Source: an uncultured bacterium
GTDB taxonomy: Bacteria; Verrucomicrobiota; Verrucomicrobiia; Verrucomicrobiales; DEV007
Length of the DNA: 64,000 nt
Reading direction: 5' to 3'
NCBI GenBank assembly: GCA_963977015.1
Contig: CAXBMO010000005.1
Span: 128,001 to 192,000, forward strand
The notes below the pieces were generated by a model that did no database searches, was not told the origin of the DNA, and saw nothing but the letters and a program-made list of their open reading frames with translations. The position numbers and the translations under genes are program-made. This document shows, piece by piece, positions 28,772 through 42,376 of the stretch. How positions within the stretch are numbered: the first letter of the stretch is position 1; every line of letters begins with the position of its first letter.

Positions 28772-28968
28772 AGTGAAGGCAATCGATTTGCCTGAAACCG
28801 AAGATACAAGGACGGCGCGAGGACTTCCCAACTTCACCACCTTTCGCGCCCGAATCCTCTTCCACTTCGGTGGGCTCTATCATTATCCCGCATCCTGAAT
28901 CTCACAACAAATCCTCAAGCGCCAATTTGATTTTTGCCGGATTTCCGATTCATTCGGGCTCCCAATTT

Positions 28969-31900
28969 ATGAATATTACCAGATCGTCGGGTTTTCGGCT
29001 TATTATCCTCTGTTTTTCTGCCGTTGTCGGTTCTGCTTTTTTGATCAATGCGCAGACTCCCGAAGCGCCAAAATCAAAACCGCTCAAAGCGTTGCTCGTT
29101 GCCGGGGGGTGCTGTCATGACTACGCCGGCCAACACGAAGTTCTTTTCAAAGGAATTCAGGAACGTGCCAATGTGCAGGTCGACGTCTGGTGGACCGATG
29201 ACAAATCAGTCAACCCGCCACTGCCACTTTATGACAATCCTGATTGGGCAAAAGGCTATGATGTGATCATTCACGACGAATGTGCCGCCGGAAATCGCGA
29301 CCTGAAAGTTCTGGATAACATTCTGGAAGCGCACAAAACGATTCCATCGATTCACCTCCACTGCGCGATGCACAGCTTTCGCGGAAAAACCGACAAGTGG
29401 TTCAAACATCTCGGAATTCAGTCTTCAAGCCACGGGCCTCAGGAGCCGATTGACATCGAGTTCATCGACAAAAAGCATCCCATTGTTGAGACTCTGGAGG
29501 ATTGGACAACGATTAATGAGGAGCTCTACAACAATGTGAATGTTTTTGATGCGCAGCCCCTCGCGATGGGCACGCAGAAATACACCAGAAAAGGTGAGGC
29601 AAAGGAAGACGCGGCGATCGTTGTTTGGGTGAACGAAAAGCAGGGTGCGCGGAGCTTTTCAACCACGCTGGGCCACAACACGGAAACGGTTCAGGACGGG
29701 CGTTATCTGGATCTGGTGACTCGCGGATTGCTCTGGTCGATGGACCAATTGAACGCAGATTATCTGGGGAAAGCCTTCACCGGTGAGAACAAGGTTACGT
29801 TTCTGCCGAAAGTCGACGCCCCAAAACCGGAGCCGAAAGCGGCCATGGGAGCTGCGCCGAAAGACGCCACCCTGGCGAAAGTCACCGCGAGCACCGAGGA
29901 AACCGGAAAGAACAATTTTGCCTGGCGCGCTATTGATGGCGACAAAAATACCCGCTGGTGTGCCGGAAACGGGAACAAACCGCAGTGGCTTCAATTGGAA
30001 TTTGAGAAGCAGCAAACGCTCTCCGGCGCAAAGATTGCCTGGGAAAGCGGTGGCACGGCCTACCAATACAAAATCGAAGGTTCCGCAGACGGAAAATCAT
30101 GGAACGTGCTGACGGACGCTGCTGACAACAAAACAAACGGTGACTCTGAAAGCACGTTCTCTGCAAAAGCGGTTCGTTTTGTAAAAGTCACCTGCACCGG
30201 CACAACCAATCCGGGCAACTGGGCCAGCATCCGGGAATTCACCTTGAAAGGCGAAGGCATCAAATCGCTCTACCCGAAGCTTGACGAAAAACAGAAAGAG
30301 ACTGCGATAAAGGCTGAGAAAGCTGAAAGTGATCCTTATGCGAAAGCGGGAAACATTCCGCCGAAAATCGTAGCGCTGACTGAGAAAGAGGAAAAGGACA
30401 TCCTCAGCAACGTCAAAGTTCCGGAAGGTTTCGACGTTTCAGTTTTCTCGGATTGGCGCAGTGCAAATTATCCTGTTTATGTCGCAGCCGCCCCGAACGG
30501 CGACCTTTATGTTTCCAGTGACGGCAATGGCTCGCTGGGCCGGAATGCGGGTCGTGGTCGCGTTCTTCGTCTGCGTGACACCGATCATGACGGAACCGCT
30601 GACGAGGTCACTGAATTTGTCAAAGACGTCGATTCTCCACGCGGATTGATCTGGGATCAGGACCGGCTTTACCTGCTGCATCCGCCGCACATTTCAGTTT
30701 ATTTTGATAAAGACGGCGACGGTGTCGCCGAAGATTCCAAGCGTCTTATTGAAGGCATTGCTTTCGGATTTGCAGATCGTCCGGCGGATCACACCACCAA
30801 CGGACTTGATATGGGAATTGATGGCTGGATTTACATCGCGGGCGGTGATTTCGGTTTCATGAAGGCAAAAGGAACTGATGGCACCGAACTGCAGCATCGC
30901 GGCGGTGGCGTGATTCGTTTCCGCCCCGACGGCTCCGGTTTGGAAATATTCGCAACCGGAACCCGGAACATCCTCGGAACTCCGATCAGCCCACTGCTCG
31001 ACATTTTCGCCCGCGACAACACCAACGACGGTGGCGGCTGGGACGTGCGGTTTCATCATTTCACCGGTCTGGAAGACCATGGTTACCCCCGCCTTTACAA
31101 AAATTTCGGTGAAGAACACATCCAGCCGCTCGCAGATTACGGTGGCGGGTCGGGATGTGGTTCCGTTTACATTTCAGAACCCGGTTTCCCGGCAGCCTGG
31201 AACAACGCGCCGTTCACTTGCGACTGGGGAACCGGTGCTCTGTGGCAACACTCCGTTCAGCGAAAAGGCGCCACCTTTGAAGAAACGAAAGCTCCTGAGC
31301 CTTTCATTAAAATGACCCGCCCCACCGACGCGGATGTCGACGGAATGAGCGCCGTTTATCAGGCAAGCTGGCGTGGGCCGGCGACGTTCAAGTGGGCCGG
31401 GCCGGAGGCCGGTTACATTGTGAAAGTGACGCCGAAGGATTTTAAACCCGAGCCCCTTCCCGATTTCAAAAAGATGAGCAATGCGGAACTCGTAGCGGCA
31501 CTGGATTCACCAAGCCGGATCCGGACAATGGCGGCACAGCGCGCACTGCTACGACGGGACCTTCAAGAGGAAACCACAGAAGGCCTCCTCGCTCTGGCTC
31601 AGAACCCCGAAAAGCCGCTCGAAGCCCGCGTCGCCGCGGTCTATGCGATTGCCCTGTCTGAAGAAAGTGCCGCTGCTCTCAGCGCCCTCATCGAAATCGC
31701 AAAAACAGACGTGGCCATTGCCCCTTTCGCGACCCGCGCACTGGGTGATTTGAAATTCGCCAATGGAGATATTCCAAAAGCGGCTCAGGATCTTGTTGCC
31801 GGCGGATTCTCATCCGGCGACCCGCGGACCGCGACGGAGGCAATCATTTCTGCGGCCCGCCTGGGGATGAGTTCTGCAGCCGACGGAATCGCAAACCTGC

Positions 31901-33534
31901 TCGGCAGTGATGACCCGCAAATCAGCCACGTCGCATTTCGCGCGCTTGCAAAACTCGGCGCCAGCGAAGCCGCCCTCGCAAAGCTCGATTCTGACACCCA
32001 CGGCAAACATGCCGCGTTTGCCCTTATGCGGATGCACGATCCCGCCGTCGTCGACAACCTGCTTTCACGGCTTTCGTCTGAGAAAAATCCGACCGTTCGT
32101 GAGCGACTCCTTTCGATTCTGGCACGACTCGCCCAGCAGGAAGCTGAATGGACCGGCGACAGCTGGGGAACGCGTCCCGACACACGCGGACCGTATTACC
32201 AGCTCGCAGACTGGTCGGAGACCGAAAAAATCCTGGCAGCCCTCAAGTCCGCACTTGAATCCGGCACGCCGGATGAAGCGGCTTTCATTGTGAAAGAAAT
32301 GAGCCGCAACCGGATACAATCCAACGATGCGCTCAACAGCATTCTCTCCCTCGCGAAGAAAAATCCAAAGGTCGTTCCGGATGCAGTCACCCAGTTGAGC
32401 ACCGCCGACTCTATTCCGGCAGAGGGGATTGATATTTTACTGCGAGTGCTCAAATCAGATGGCTCCGAATTCGGATTTTCATCCATGGCGGAAGCAGTCA
32501 CGGTTCTCGCAAAAACCGACAACCAAGAAGTGGTTGATACGTCACTCGCAGCCTTTGAAAAGCTTCAGAAGAATGTCCACGCCGCTCAGGCAGCCCAGAC
32601 CGAAGTCTCCAAAATTGAAGACGAAGTGAAGAAGAAATCCGAGCTGAAGTATGCGAGAGGACGCGTCAACGATGCCAGAAAAATGCTGGAAACGGCGACC
32701 ACTGGATTTTTGAAATCACCCAAACTGGAGAACCATCACCTCGCCATCGAGCACATTGCCGCCGAAAAGCCGGATTCCACTGAAGGGTTCTGGGCAAACG
32801 CGGCCCTTCTTGAGCTTGCTTCACGCAAAGACGGAAGCCCTGAATCCCGCGAGCTTTCGCAGAAGGCGGTCGATGTTGCATGGCAAAACCCAAAACAGAA
32901 GGTCGCATTGATCAAAGCCGCCTCGACAACGAAGAACCGCTCGCTGGATGAGCGAATTCAGATCGCGCTCAATTCACCGGACAAAGCCGTGAGCGATGCC
33001 GCTAAAAACGCTGCCAAGAGCTTGAAAATCCAGCCCAAGGGAGCCGACAAAACCCCGAAAATCTCGACGCTGGACCCGGCCAAAGCACTCGCCGAGGTCA
33101 TCAAACACAAAGGTGATGTTGCCCTCGGGGAATCGGTTTTCAGCCGAGCATCCTGTGTCGCCTGTCACACCACTAGTCAGCAGCAGGCTCAGAAAGGGCC
33201 TTACCTCGGCAACATTTTTGAGACCTACAAACGCCCTGAACTGGCGGAAGCCATTCTTGATCCGAATAAAACCATCGCTCAGGGATTTGCGACCAACTTG
33301 ATCGTTCTCAAAGACGGCAACACCCAGATGATGGGCTTCGTCACCAACGAGCAGGCGGATCAGGTAACCGTTCGCGATATTGCGTCAAAGGAACACGTCT
33401 TTAAAAAAGCTGACATCGACAAACGCGAAGAAATGCCCATGAGCATGATGCCTCCAGGCTTGATGATGAATTTCACGATTCACGAATTCGCAAGTCTGCT
33501 CGACTACCTCGAACACCTTTCGAAGAAGAAATAG
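28969..33534 (+). CDS. PVC-type heme-binding CxxCH protein (ThuA-like, F5/8 discoidin, dehydrogenase-like beta-propeller, HEAT repeats, cytochrome c)
   Basis: AGGCCHDY...TTLGHN (ThuA); AIDGDKNTRW...QWLQLEF (discoidin); DHTTNGLDMGIDGWIY, GTRN; CVACH...GPYL...SMMPPGL. Confidence 0.9.
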   Translation: MNITRSSGFRLIILCFSAVVGSAFLINAQTPEAPKSKPLKALLVAGGCCHDYAGQHEVLFKGIQERANVQVDVWWTDDKSVNPPLPLYDNPDWAKGYDVIIHDECAAGNRDLKVLDNILEAHKTIPSIHLHCAMHSFRGKTDKWFKHLGIQSSSHGPQEPIDIEFIDKKHPIVETLEDWTTINEELYNNVNVFDAQPLAMGTQKYTRKGEAKEDAAIVVWVNEKQGARSFSTTLGHNTETVQDGRYLDLVTRGLLWSMDQLNADYLGKAFTGENKVTFLPKVDAPKPEPKAAMGAAPKDATLAKVTASTEETGKNNFAWRAIDGDKNTRWCAGNGNKPQWLQLEFEKQQTLSGAKIAWESGGTAYQYKIEGSADGKSWNVLTDAADNKTNGDSESTFSAKAVRFVKVTCTGTTNPGNWASIREFTLKGEGIKSLYPKLDEKQKETAIKAEKAESDPYAKAGNIPPKIVALTEKEEKDILSNVKVPEGFDVSVFSDWRSANYPVYVAAAPNGDLYVSSDGNGSLGRNAGRGRVLRLRDTDHDGTADEVTEFVKDVDSPRGLIWDQDRLYLLHPPHISVYFDKDGDGVAEDSKRLIEGIAFGFADRPADHTTNGLDMGIDGWIYIAGGDFGFMKAKGTDGTELQHRGGGVIRFRPDGSGLEIFATGTRNILGTPISPLLDIFARDNTNDGGGWDVRFHHFTGLEDHGYPRLYKNFGEEHIQPLADYGGGSGCGSVYISEPGFPAAWNNAPFTCDWGTGALWQHSVQRKGATFEETKAPEPFIKMTRPTDADVDGMSAVYQASWRGPATFKWAGPEAGYIVKVTPKDFKPEPLPDFKKMSNAELVAALDSPSRIRTMAAQRALLRRDLQEETTEGLLALAQNPEKPLEARVAAVYAIALSEESAAALSALIEIAKTDVAIAPFATRALGDLKFANGDIPKAAQDLVAGGFSSGDPRTATEAIISAARLGMSSAADGIANLLGSDDPQISHVAFRALAKLGASEAALAKLDSDTHGKHAAFALMRMHDPAVVDNLLSRLSSEKNPTVRERLLSILARLAQQEAEWTGDSWGTRPDTRGPYYQLADWSETEKILAALKSALESGTPDEAAFIVKEMSRNRIQSNDALNSILSLAKKNPKVVPDAVTQLSTADSIPAEGIDILLRVLKSDGSEFGFSSMAEAVTVLAKTDNQEVVDTSLAAFEKLQKNVHAAQAAQTEVSKIEDEVKKKSELKYARGRVNDARKMLETATTGFLKSPKLENHHLAIEHIAAEKPDSTEGFWANAALLELASRKDGSPESRELSQKAVDVAWQNPKQKVALIKAASTTKNRSLDERIQIALNSPDKAVSDAAKNAAKSLKIQPKGADKTPKISTLDPAKALAEVIKHKGDVALGESVFSRASCVACHTTSQQQAQKGPYLGNIFETYKRPELAEAILDPNKTIAQGFATNLIVLKDGNTQMMGFVTNEQADQVTVRDIASKEHVFKKADIDKREEMPMSMMPPGLMMNFTIHEFASLLDYLEHLSKKK

Positions 33535-33717
33535 GCGATCGTCAGGCTGAATTGAAGCCTCAGAACCTCTCATTGTGAAAAAACGGCCCCTCGTCGTTAT
33601 CTTGTCCAGGTCGTCACAACATTGTTGGTGATGACGGCCGGTTTTTCCGAGGAACACTCAACGACGTCGCCCCCAACGGGGGCCCAACCACAAGCGGGCG
33701 AAGAACTTCAATTCACT

Positions 33718-34503
33718 CTAAAGTGATTCGGCCTTGGAACAACGGAACCGCCGCCATCCCAAAAACTGGAGCGCAAAGAGCGATACAAACCGGGGATTGC
33801 TGGTGAGATAGCGTTTCCAAAGTCGGGCCGGCTCTTGGGACAGCCGAAACGCCCACTCAAGGCCATGGCGTTGCATCCACTTGGGTGCCTGGCGGACCCG
33901 GCCGGTATGAAAATCAAACGCCGCGCCCACGCCGAACATCAGCTTCACCGGCAATTTGGGGAGATACTTCGCCATGAAGCGATCCTGTTTCGGCGTGCTG
34001 ATCCCCACCCACATGACGTCAGCCTTCGACTCGCTGACCTGCTGAATCAGTTCCGCCTCTTCCTCCACATTCAACTCACGAAAGGGCGGACAGTAGGTGC
34101 CGACAATTTCCGCATCCGGAAACCGTTCCAACAACGAAGTCCGAAGCTCGTCCGCCACGCCTTCGGTGCCGCCATAGAGAAAGTGGCGGGTGCCTTTCGG
34201 CTCCGTTTTGCGAAACACCTCGAGCATCAAATCCGGCCCGTAAACACGGTCCATTTGGGAGAACCCATAGACCAGTTTCCCAATCCAGACCGTCGGCATT
34301 CCATCAGGCGTGGTGAGAAAGGAGTCGTTGAAAATGGTTCTCAATTCCGGGTCGTCCTGAGCCTCGATGATTCCATGCACCCCCGTCACGCAAACGTAGC
34401 CTTTGCTGTCCGAATCGAGCAACCGGAGCACTTCGCCGGTAGCTCGCTCCATGTTCAGAGCAGAGATGCCAACACCAAGCACGTTGAAGCGGTCGACAGT
34501 CAT
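33718..34503 (-). CDS. WecB/TagA/CpsF family glycosyltransferase
   Basis: TPDGMP, RVYGPDLM, WVGISTPKQD, GVGAAFDF, APKWMQRHGLEWAFRLSQEPARLWKRY. Confidence 0.95.
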   Translation of the reverse strand: MTVDRFNVLGVGISALNMERATGEVLRLLDSDSKGYVCVTGVHGIIEAQDDPELRTIFNDSFLTTPDGMPTVWIGKLVYGFSQMDRVYGPDLMLEVFRKTEPKGTRHFLYGGTEGVADELRTSLLERFPDAEIVGTYCPPFRELNVEEEAELIQQVSESKADVMWVGISTPKQDRFMAKYLPKLPVKLMFGVGAAFDFHTGRVRQAPKWMQRHGLEWAFRLSQEPARLWKRYLTSNPRFVSLFALQFLGWRRFRCSKAESL

Positions 34504-34574
34504 GACTGACTCAACGTAATGCTCTCAGACGGGACTGCGAGCAGTTTATTTAAGAATCCTTAAATTTCTTGCGT

Positions 34575-38234
<3,660 letters not shown>

Positions 38235-38414
38235 GAATTCGCGCTCAGATTTCCGCACTCGGGCGTCTCTTCCCTTTCCCAGCGCTGCAGTGTCAGGGAC
38301 GATCCCGATCTTCCGGCTTTCCTGATTCATCTCTAGTTGAGTGCCGCAAGATTCGCGAGAAGGAGACCAATCCAAGCAGGGCATGATCCGGGGCTGATTT
38401 GGTAGGATTTCTCT

Positions 38415-38882
38415 ATGATTGTCAAAAAACTCAAATCCTTCCTGGATGAGAACGGAGTCAAATACCTGATCATCCATCACTCTCCCGCTTTTACCGCTCA
38501 GGAGGTCGCCCAGTCCGCCCATATTTCCGGCAATGAGATTGCCAAGAGCGTGATGGTAAAGGTCGATGACGAACTCGCCATGGTCGTCCTGCCCGCTTCG
38601 CGGATGGTCGATTGCAGCACGGTTTCAAAAGCCGCCGGCGGCGCGGACGTGCTTCTGGCTGACGAGGAAGACTTCGAGAAGCGCTTCCCCGGTTGCGATC
38701 TCGGCGCAATGCCGCCTTTCGGAAACCTCTACGATCTAAAGGTCTACCTGCATCCTGATCTCTCCGAAGACGAGGAAATCGCGTTCAACGCAGGTTCGCA
38801 CACCGAACTCGTCAAACTGAAATACGCCGACTACGAACGCCTCGCCGGTTCGTCCATCACGATGTTACCGCCCGAAATGTAG
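38415..38882 (+). CDS. YbaK/EbsC family aminoacyl-tRNA deacylase-like protein
   Basis: HSPAFTAQEVA, AKSV, FPGCDLGAMPPFGNLY, FNAGSHTE. Confidence 0.92.
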   Translation: MIVKKLKSFLDENGVKYLIIHHSPAFTAQEVAQSAHISGNEIAKSVMVKVDDELAMVVLPASRMVDCSTVSKAAGGADVLLADEEDFEKRFPGCDLGAMPPFGNLYDLKVYLHPDLSEDEEIAFNAGSHTELVKLKYADYERLAGSSITMLPPEM

Positions 38883-39160
38883 CTCGGCACCCGCATCCTG
38901 CCCAAGGGCTTGGAATTGGTTGATTGGGACTCACCTTGATTCGAGTCCCGCCGGTCACTATGACCTTTTTCCCACAATTCCGAGCAATTGGTGGAATCGA
39001 TCCGGAATCATGGCGGCTTCTGGTTCGGGAGAAAAAATCGGGCATCCTGGGGGAGCTTTGCTTTGAGATCCAGGCTCCGTCGTTGACGGTGGTTCCATGA
39101 TCCCGGGCATGGTTCTTGGCACCAACTTGTCCGCATCTCCCTTCCCAATCCAAAAGGTTC

Positions 39161-39326
39161 CGTAATCTTTTTTCCACAAAATCTGCCATTTTTAACCATT
39201 TTTCTGCGGAAATAAGGATTTTTCCGCAATCACGGTCTTGCGGGTGCCCTAATGATGTCGTAATCATTTTTCTTCGCACATCGCCATTTTGAACGATTTT
39301 TCCATAGAAATAGAGATTTTTCCATG
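39161..39326 (+). repeat. Tandem ~68 bp direct repeat (98 bp period) with internal palindromes, overlapping the Fic start codon
   Basis: 39161-39228 and 39259-39326 share CGTAATC...GCCATTTT.AAC.ATTTTTC...GAAATA..GATTTTTCC. Confidence 0.75.
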
Positions 39327-40808
39327 AAACCGCTCGGTTACACATGGCTGATTCCTCATTTCCAGCTCAAAACCCGCCCCCTGCGGCACAGCTCGTTCAT
39401 TGGAACCCGGCGAGCCCTCAAAGAGCGAGCGGATGGCTCGGTGGAGGAGCTTTACGTGAAGCGTTACGATCCGGGAAACGGGCCGCTTGATCACTTGGTC
39501 TTCGCCCTGAAATACGATGGGCTGGATCTCGACATCCTGCGCAAGGTCTTCGGGCAGATTTCCCCAAAGGAAGTGGCTGAATTTGTGGCAAGGACTCCAA
39601 CCGGAAAGTTTGCCCGACAGATCGGTTTCTGGTTCGAAATGTTGACCGGCCAGGAGGTTCCGCTCAACGAGAAACTGATCGGGAACTACACCCCACTGCT
39701 CGATCCCAAACGCTATGTGGTGGCGTCCAAGCCGGTTCGGAACGCCCGGTGGCGCATCGCGAACAATGCCATCGGGGACCAGCGCTTCATGCCCGTGATT
39801 CGGCGAACGGAGGCGATCCGCGCCATCGAGGAAACCGACTGGAAAGGGATCATCTCGGAAGCCGTCCGCCCGTTCCCCGAAGACGTGCTCCGCCGCGCCC
39901 TGTCCTATCTCTATTTCAAGGAAACCAAATCCTCATTCGCGATCGAACGCGAAGAGCCCGGTTCCGGAAGAACCGAGAGATTCGTGACGTTGCTCCACCG
40001 CGCGGGAAGCGAAGACCATCCGCTTAGCGAAGACACCCTGACCCATCTCCAGAATGCCATCCTGGACGAGCGCTATCACGAGAAAGGTTATCGGACGAGC
40101 CAGAACTACGTCGGCGAAACCACGGTCAACTTCCGGGAAATCATCCACTTGATCGGGAGTCCGCCAGTCCTCGTTCGCGATGTGATGGAGGGGCTGGAAG
40201 GTTACTTTGCCGCGAGCCGGAGTGTTCACCCGATCCTGCGGGCAGCGGCAATCTCGTTCCCGTTTGTCTTCATTCACCCGTTCGAGGACGGCAACGGGCG
40301 CATCCATCGCTACCTCATCCACGACGTCATGGCGAGGGGCGGGATTGGAGGCGAAGGACTGATCCTTCCCGTCTCGGCCGAGATCCTGGCCGACATGAAG
40401 GCTTACGACACCTGTCTGGAACGGTTCTCGAAGCCGTTGCTCTCCGTCGCCGAATACGAACTCAACACCAGGCAGGAGATGACCGTCGAGAACCCATCCG
40501 AGATCGAGGGATTCTACCGCTATCCCGACGTGACCCCGCAGGCCGAATATCTGGCGAACATGGTGAGCCAGGCGATCACGAAGAGCCTTCCCGAGGAGAT
40601 TGGCTTTCTTGAAAAACTCGACCGCGCCCGTCAGGCAATGAGAGAGATCGTGGACATGCCGGACCGGAAACGGGAATCTCTGCTCATGAGGCTCCACCGC
40701 AACAAGGGCAAAATCGCCAGGAGACGACGTGAAGGCGAATTCAAGGAACTGACGGACGAAGAAGTGGAGCAGATTGAGGAGGCATTTCTGGAGGCCTTTG
40801 AGAATTGA
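39324..40808 (+). CDS. Fic family protein (adenylyltransferase motif intact)
   Basis: HPFEDGNGRIHR matches HxFx(D/E)GNGRxxR; KETKSSFAIERE is an inhibitory-helix-like SxxxE motif. Confidence 0.94.
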   Translation: MKPLGYTWLIPHFQLKTRPLRHSSFIGTRRALKERADGSVEELYVKRYDPGNGPLDHLVFALKYDGLDLDILRKVFGQISPKEVAEFVARTPTGKFARQIGFWFEMLTGQEVPLNEKLIGNYTPLLDPKRYVVASKPVRNARWRIANNAIGDQRFMPVIRRTEAIRAIEETDWKGIISEAVRPFPEDVLRRALSYLYFKETKSSFAIEREEPGSGRTERFVTLLHRAGSEDHPLSEDTLTHLQNAILDERYHEKGYRTSQNYVGETTVNFREIIHLIGSPPVLVRDVMEGLEGYFAASRSVHPILRAAAISFPFVFIHPFEDGNGRIHRYLIHDVMARGGIGGEGLILPVSAEILADMKAYDTCLERFSKPLLSVAEYELNTRQEMTVENPSEIEGFYRYPDVTPQAEYLANMVSQAITKSLPEEIGFLEKLDRARQAMREIVDMPDRKRESLLMRLHRNKGKIARRRREGEFKELTDEEVEQIEEAFLEAFEN

Positions 40809-40922
40809 GGTTCGTCTCTCAAGAACTGGATCCAAGGGCGAACGACTTCCTCACTCTGAGCGAGAAAACCTGATCTCTGGGAATCGCTTTCGCTTTTTGG
40901 ATAGAATCGACAAGGTTGCCCC

Positions 40923-41708
40923 ATGTTCTTTGTCCTTTCCAAGACCCTTGGCATGATTCTGGAGCCACTCTTTCTTCCCTACCTCTGCCTTTCCCTGGCA
41001 TTGTTGGCGGGGTGGCGACGACGGCGGGTGCTGATGCGAACCCTGGTCGGAACGGCCATTTGCCTTCCCCTTCTCTACGGCTTCCTACCACTATCGAGCC
41101 TGCCCCTGCAGATTCTGGAAAACCGCATTCCGTGCGGCGATCTTTCCGCTCAGAAGATTGACGGGATCATCGTTCTCGGCGGATTTACCGGCCATCCAAT
41201 GGTCGCCGAAAGCCGCAACAGCTATGGCCTCCTCCATAGTGCCGAGCGCTTTACCGCAGCACTCGAGTTGGCGCGGAACTTTCCCGACGCCGCCGTGTTG
41301 TTCAGCGGATTTTCCGGTCGGCTTGTACACGATGGCTGGAGCGAAGCCGACCACATCCGCGATCTGGTTGGCCGTATTGGGGGGATGGGACCGGTCCGTT
41401 ATGAGGAAGAAAGCCGAAATACCTACGAGAACGCCGTGAACAGCCAAAAAGTTCTCGAGCCCGGTCCCGGAACCAAGTGGATTTTGGTGACATCAGCGTG
41501 TCACATGCCGCGCGCCGTGGGATGTTTTACCGCTGCTGGATGGACCGGCATCATTCCCTATCCGGTTGACTACCAAACCCCAAAAAGCGGCAGTCTCGAC
41601 TGGTGGAGCCTTGCTGGAATTCCCCATCTGCGCAGCGCCCTGCACGAATACGCCGGGTTGATCGTCTATTATTTGACCGGACGCAGCAGCGCGTTGTTGC
41701 CGGGCTAA
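40923..41708 (+). CDS. YdcF/ElyC (DUF218) family membrane protein
   Basis: DGIIVLGG, FSG, SEA, EEESRNTYENA, LVTSACHMPRA, PYPVDY, ALHEYAG. Confidence 0.92.
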   Translation: MFFVLSKTLGMILEPLFLPYLCLSLALLAGWRRRRVLMRTLVGTAICLPLLYGFLPLSSLPLQILENRIPCGDLSAQKIDGIIVLGGFTGHPMVAESRNSYGLLHSAERFTAALELARNFPDAAVLFSGFSGRLVHDGWSEADHIRDLVGRIGGMGPVRYEEESRNTYENAVNSQKVLEPGPGTKWILVTSACHMPRAVGCFTAAGWTGIIPYPVDYQTPKSGSLDWWSLAGIPHLRSALHEYAGLIVYYLTGRSSALLPG

Positions 41709-41833
41709 AATGCAATCGTGGTTTAGGGCTGAGGAAAATTGCTGAGAAGAGAGTGACTGAGTAACTGGGCAGAAAATCCTAACATGTTTCGTTTTGTTGA
41801 TTTGTTAGAATCGTAAGGTAAATTCGCCGGAAG

Positions 41834-42376
41834 ATGAGCAGTAAAGCAAAGAAGGAAGATGGAGTGATACAGTGGTCAGTTTTAATCATCCTAGTAGCAG
41901 TCGTGATGGCCTTATGGTTGCTCACAATTTGGTTGGTTTGCGGCAATGAGATCCCCGGTAAGGGAGCATTCGGTGACGCCTTTGGTGCTACCAATACCCT
42001 TTTCTCCGGACTCGCGGCCGCTCTCTTCTTCTTCGCAATTTTTATGCAGCGCCAAGATCTCGCCTTCACAAAGAAAATGCTGGCGGACAGCGCCGAAGCT
42101 CAACAACAAAGCGCCGATTCGCACACGGAGTCGCTGAAGGAACTAAAGAAACAGAATGCACACATGCTGCAACAAAACGCGGTCATGCGAACACAAAACC
42201 GTCTCGCAAAACTCCAAGCCGAAATCGACATTGTTTCTTCTTTGTCGGAAAACGTAGATTCGATTTCCGCTGACGGGTTGCCAGATGGGTTTAAACGAAA
42301 TCCTGGAGCGCTCAAGCGGGCTTTGTTCCAGCGTCTTTACCAACTTAAATCTAACGTCGAAAATCTTGATGCCTAA
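41834..42376 (+). CDS. Hypothetical 2-TM plus coiled-coil protein (N-terminus like putative abortive-infection membrane proteins)
   Basis: TM, GAFGDAFGATNTLFSGLAAA TM, then MQRQDL and a Gln-rich coiled coil. Confidence 0.7.
   Translation: MSSKAKKEDGVIQWSVLIILVAVVMALWLLTIWLVCGNEIPGKGAFGDAFGATNTLFSGLAAALFFFAIFMQRQDLAFTKKMLADSAEAQQQSADSHTESLKELKKQNAHMLQQNAVMRTQNRLAKLQAEIDIVSSLSENVDSISADGLPDGFKRNPGALKRALFQRLYQLKSNVENLDA

Noticed and set aside
25985-28775. Integron attC cassette array
   Set aside because: The repeated motif is non-palindromic, lacks RYYYAAC/GTTRRRY ends and sits at promoter distance upstream of the genes. There is no integrase.
38939-38960. TTCGAGTCCCGCCGGTCACTA as a tRNA 3' fragment or att site
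   Set aside because: It is too short, has no pairing T-stem 5' arm, and does not match the tRNA at 43315 in sequence or orientation.
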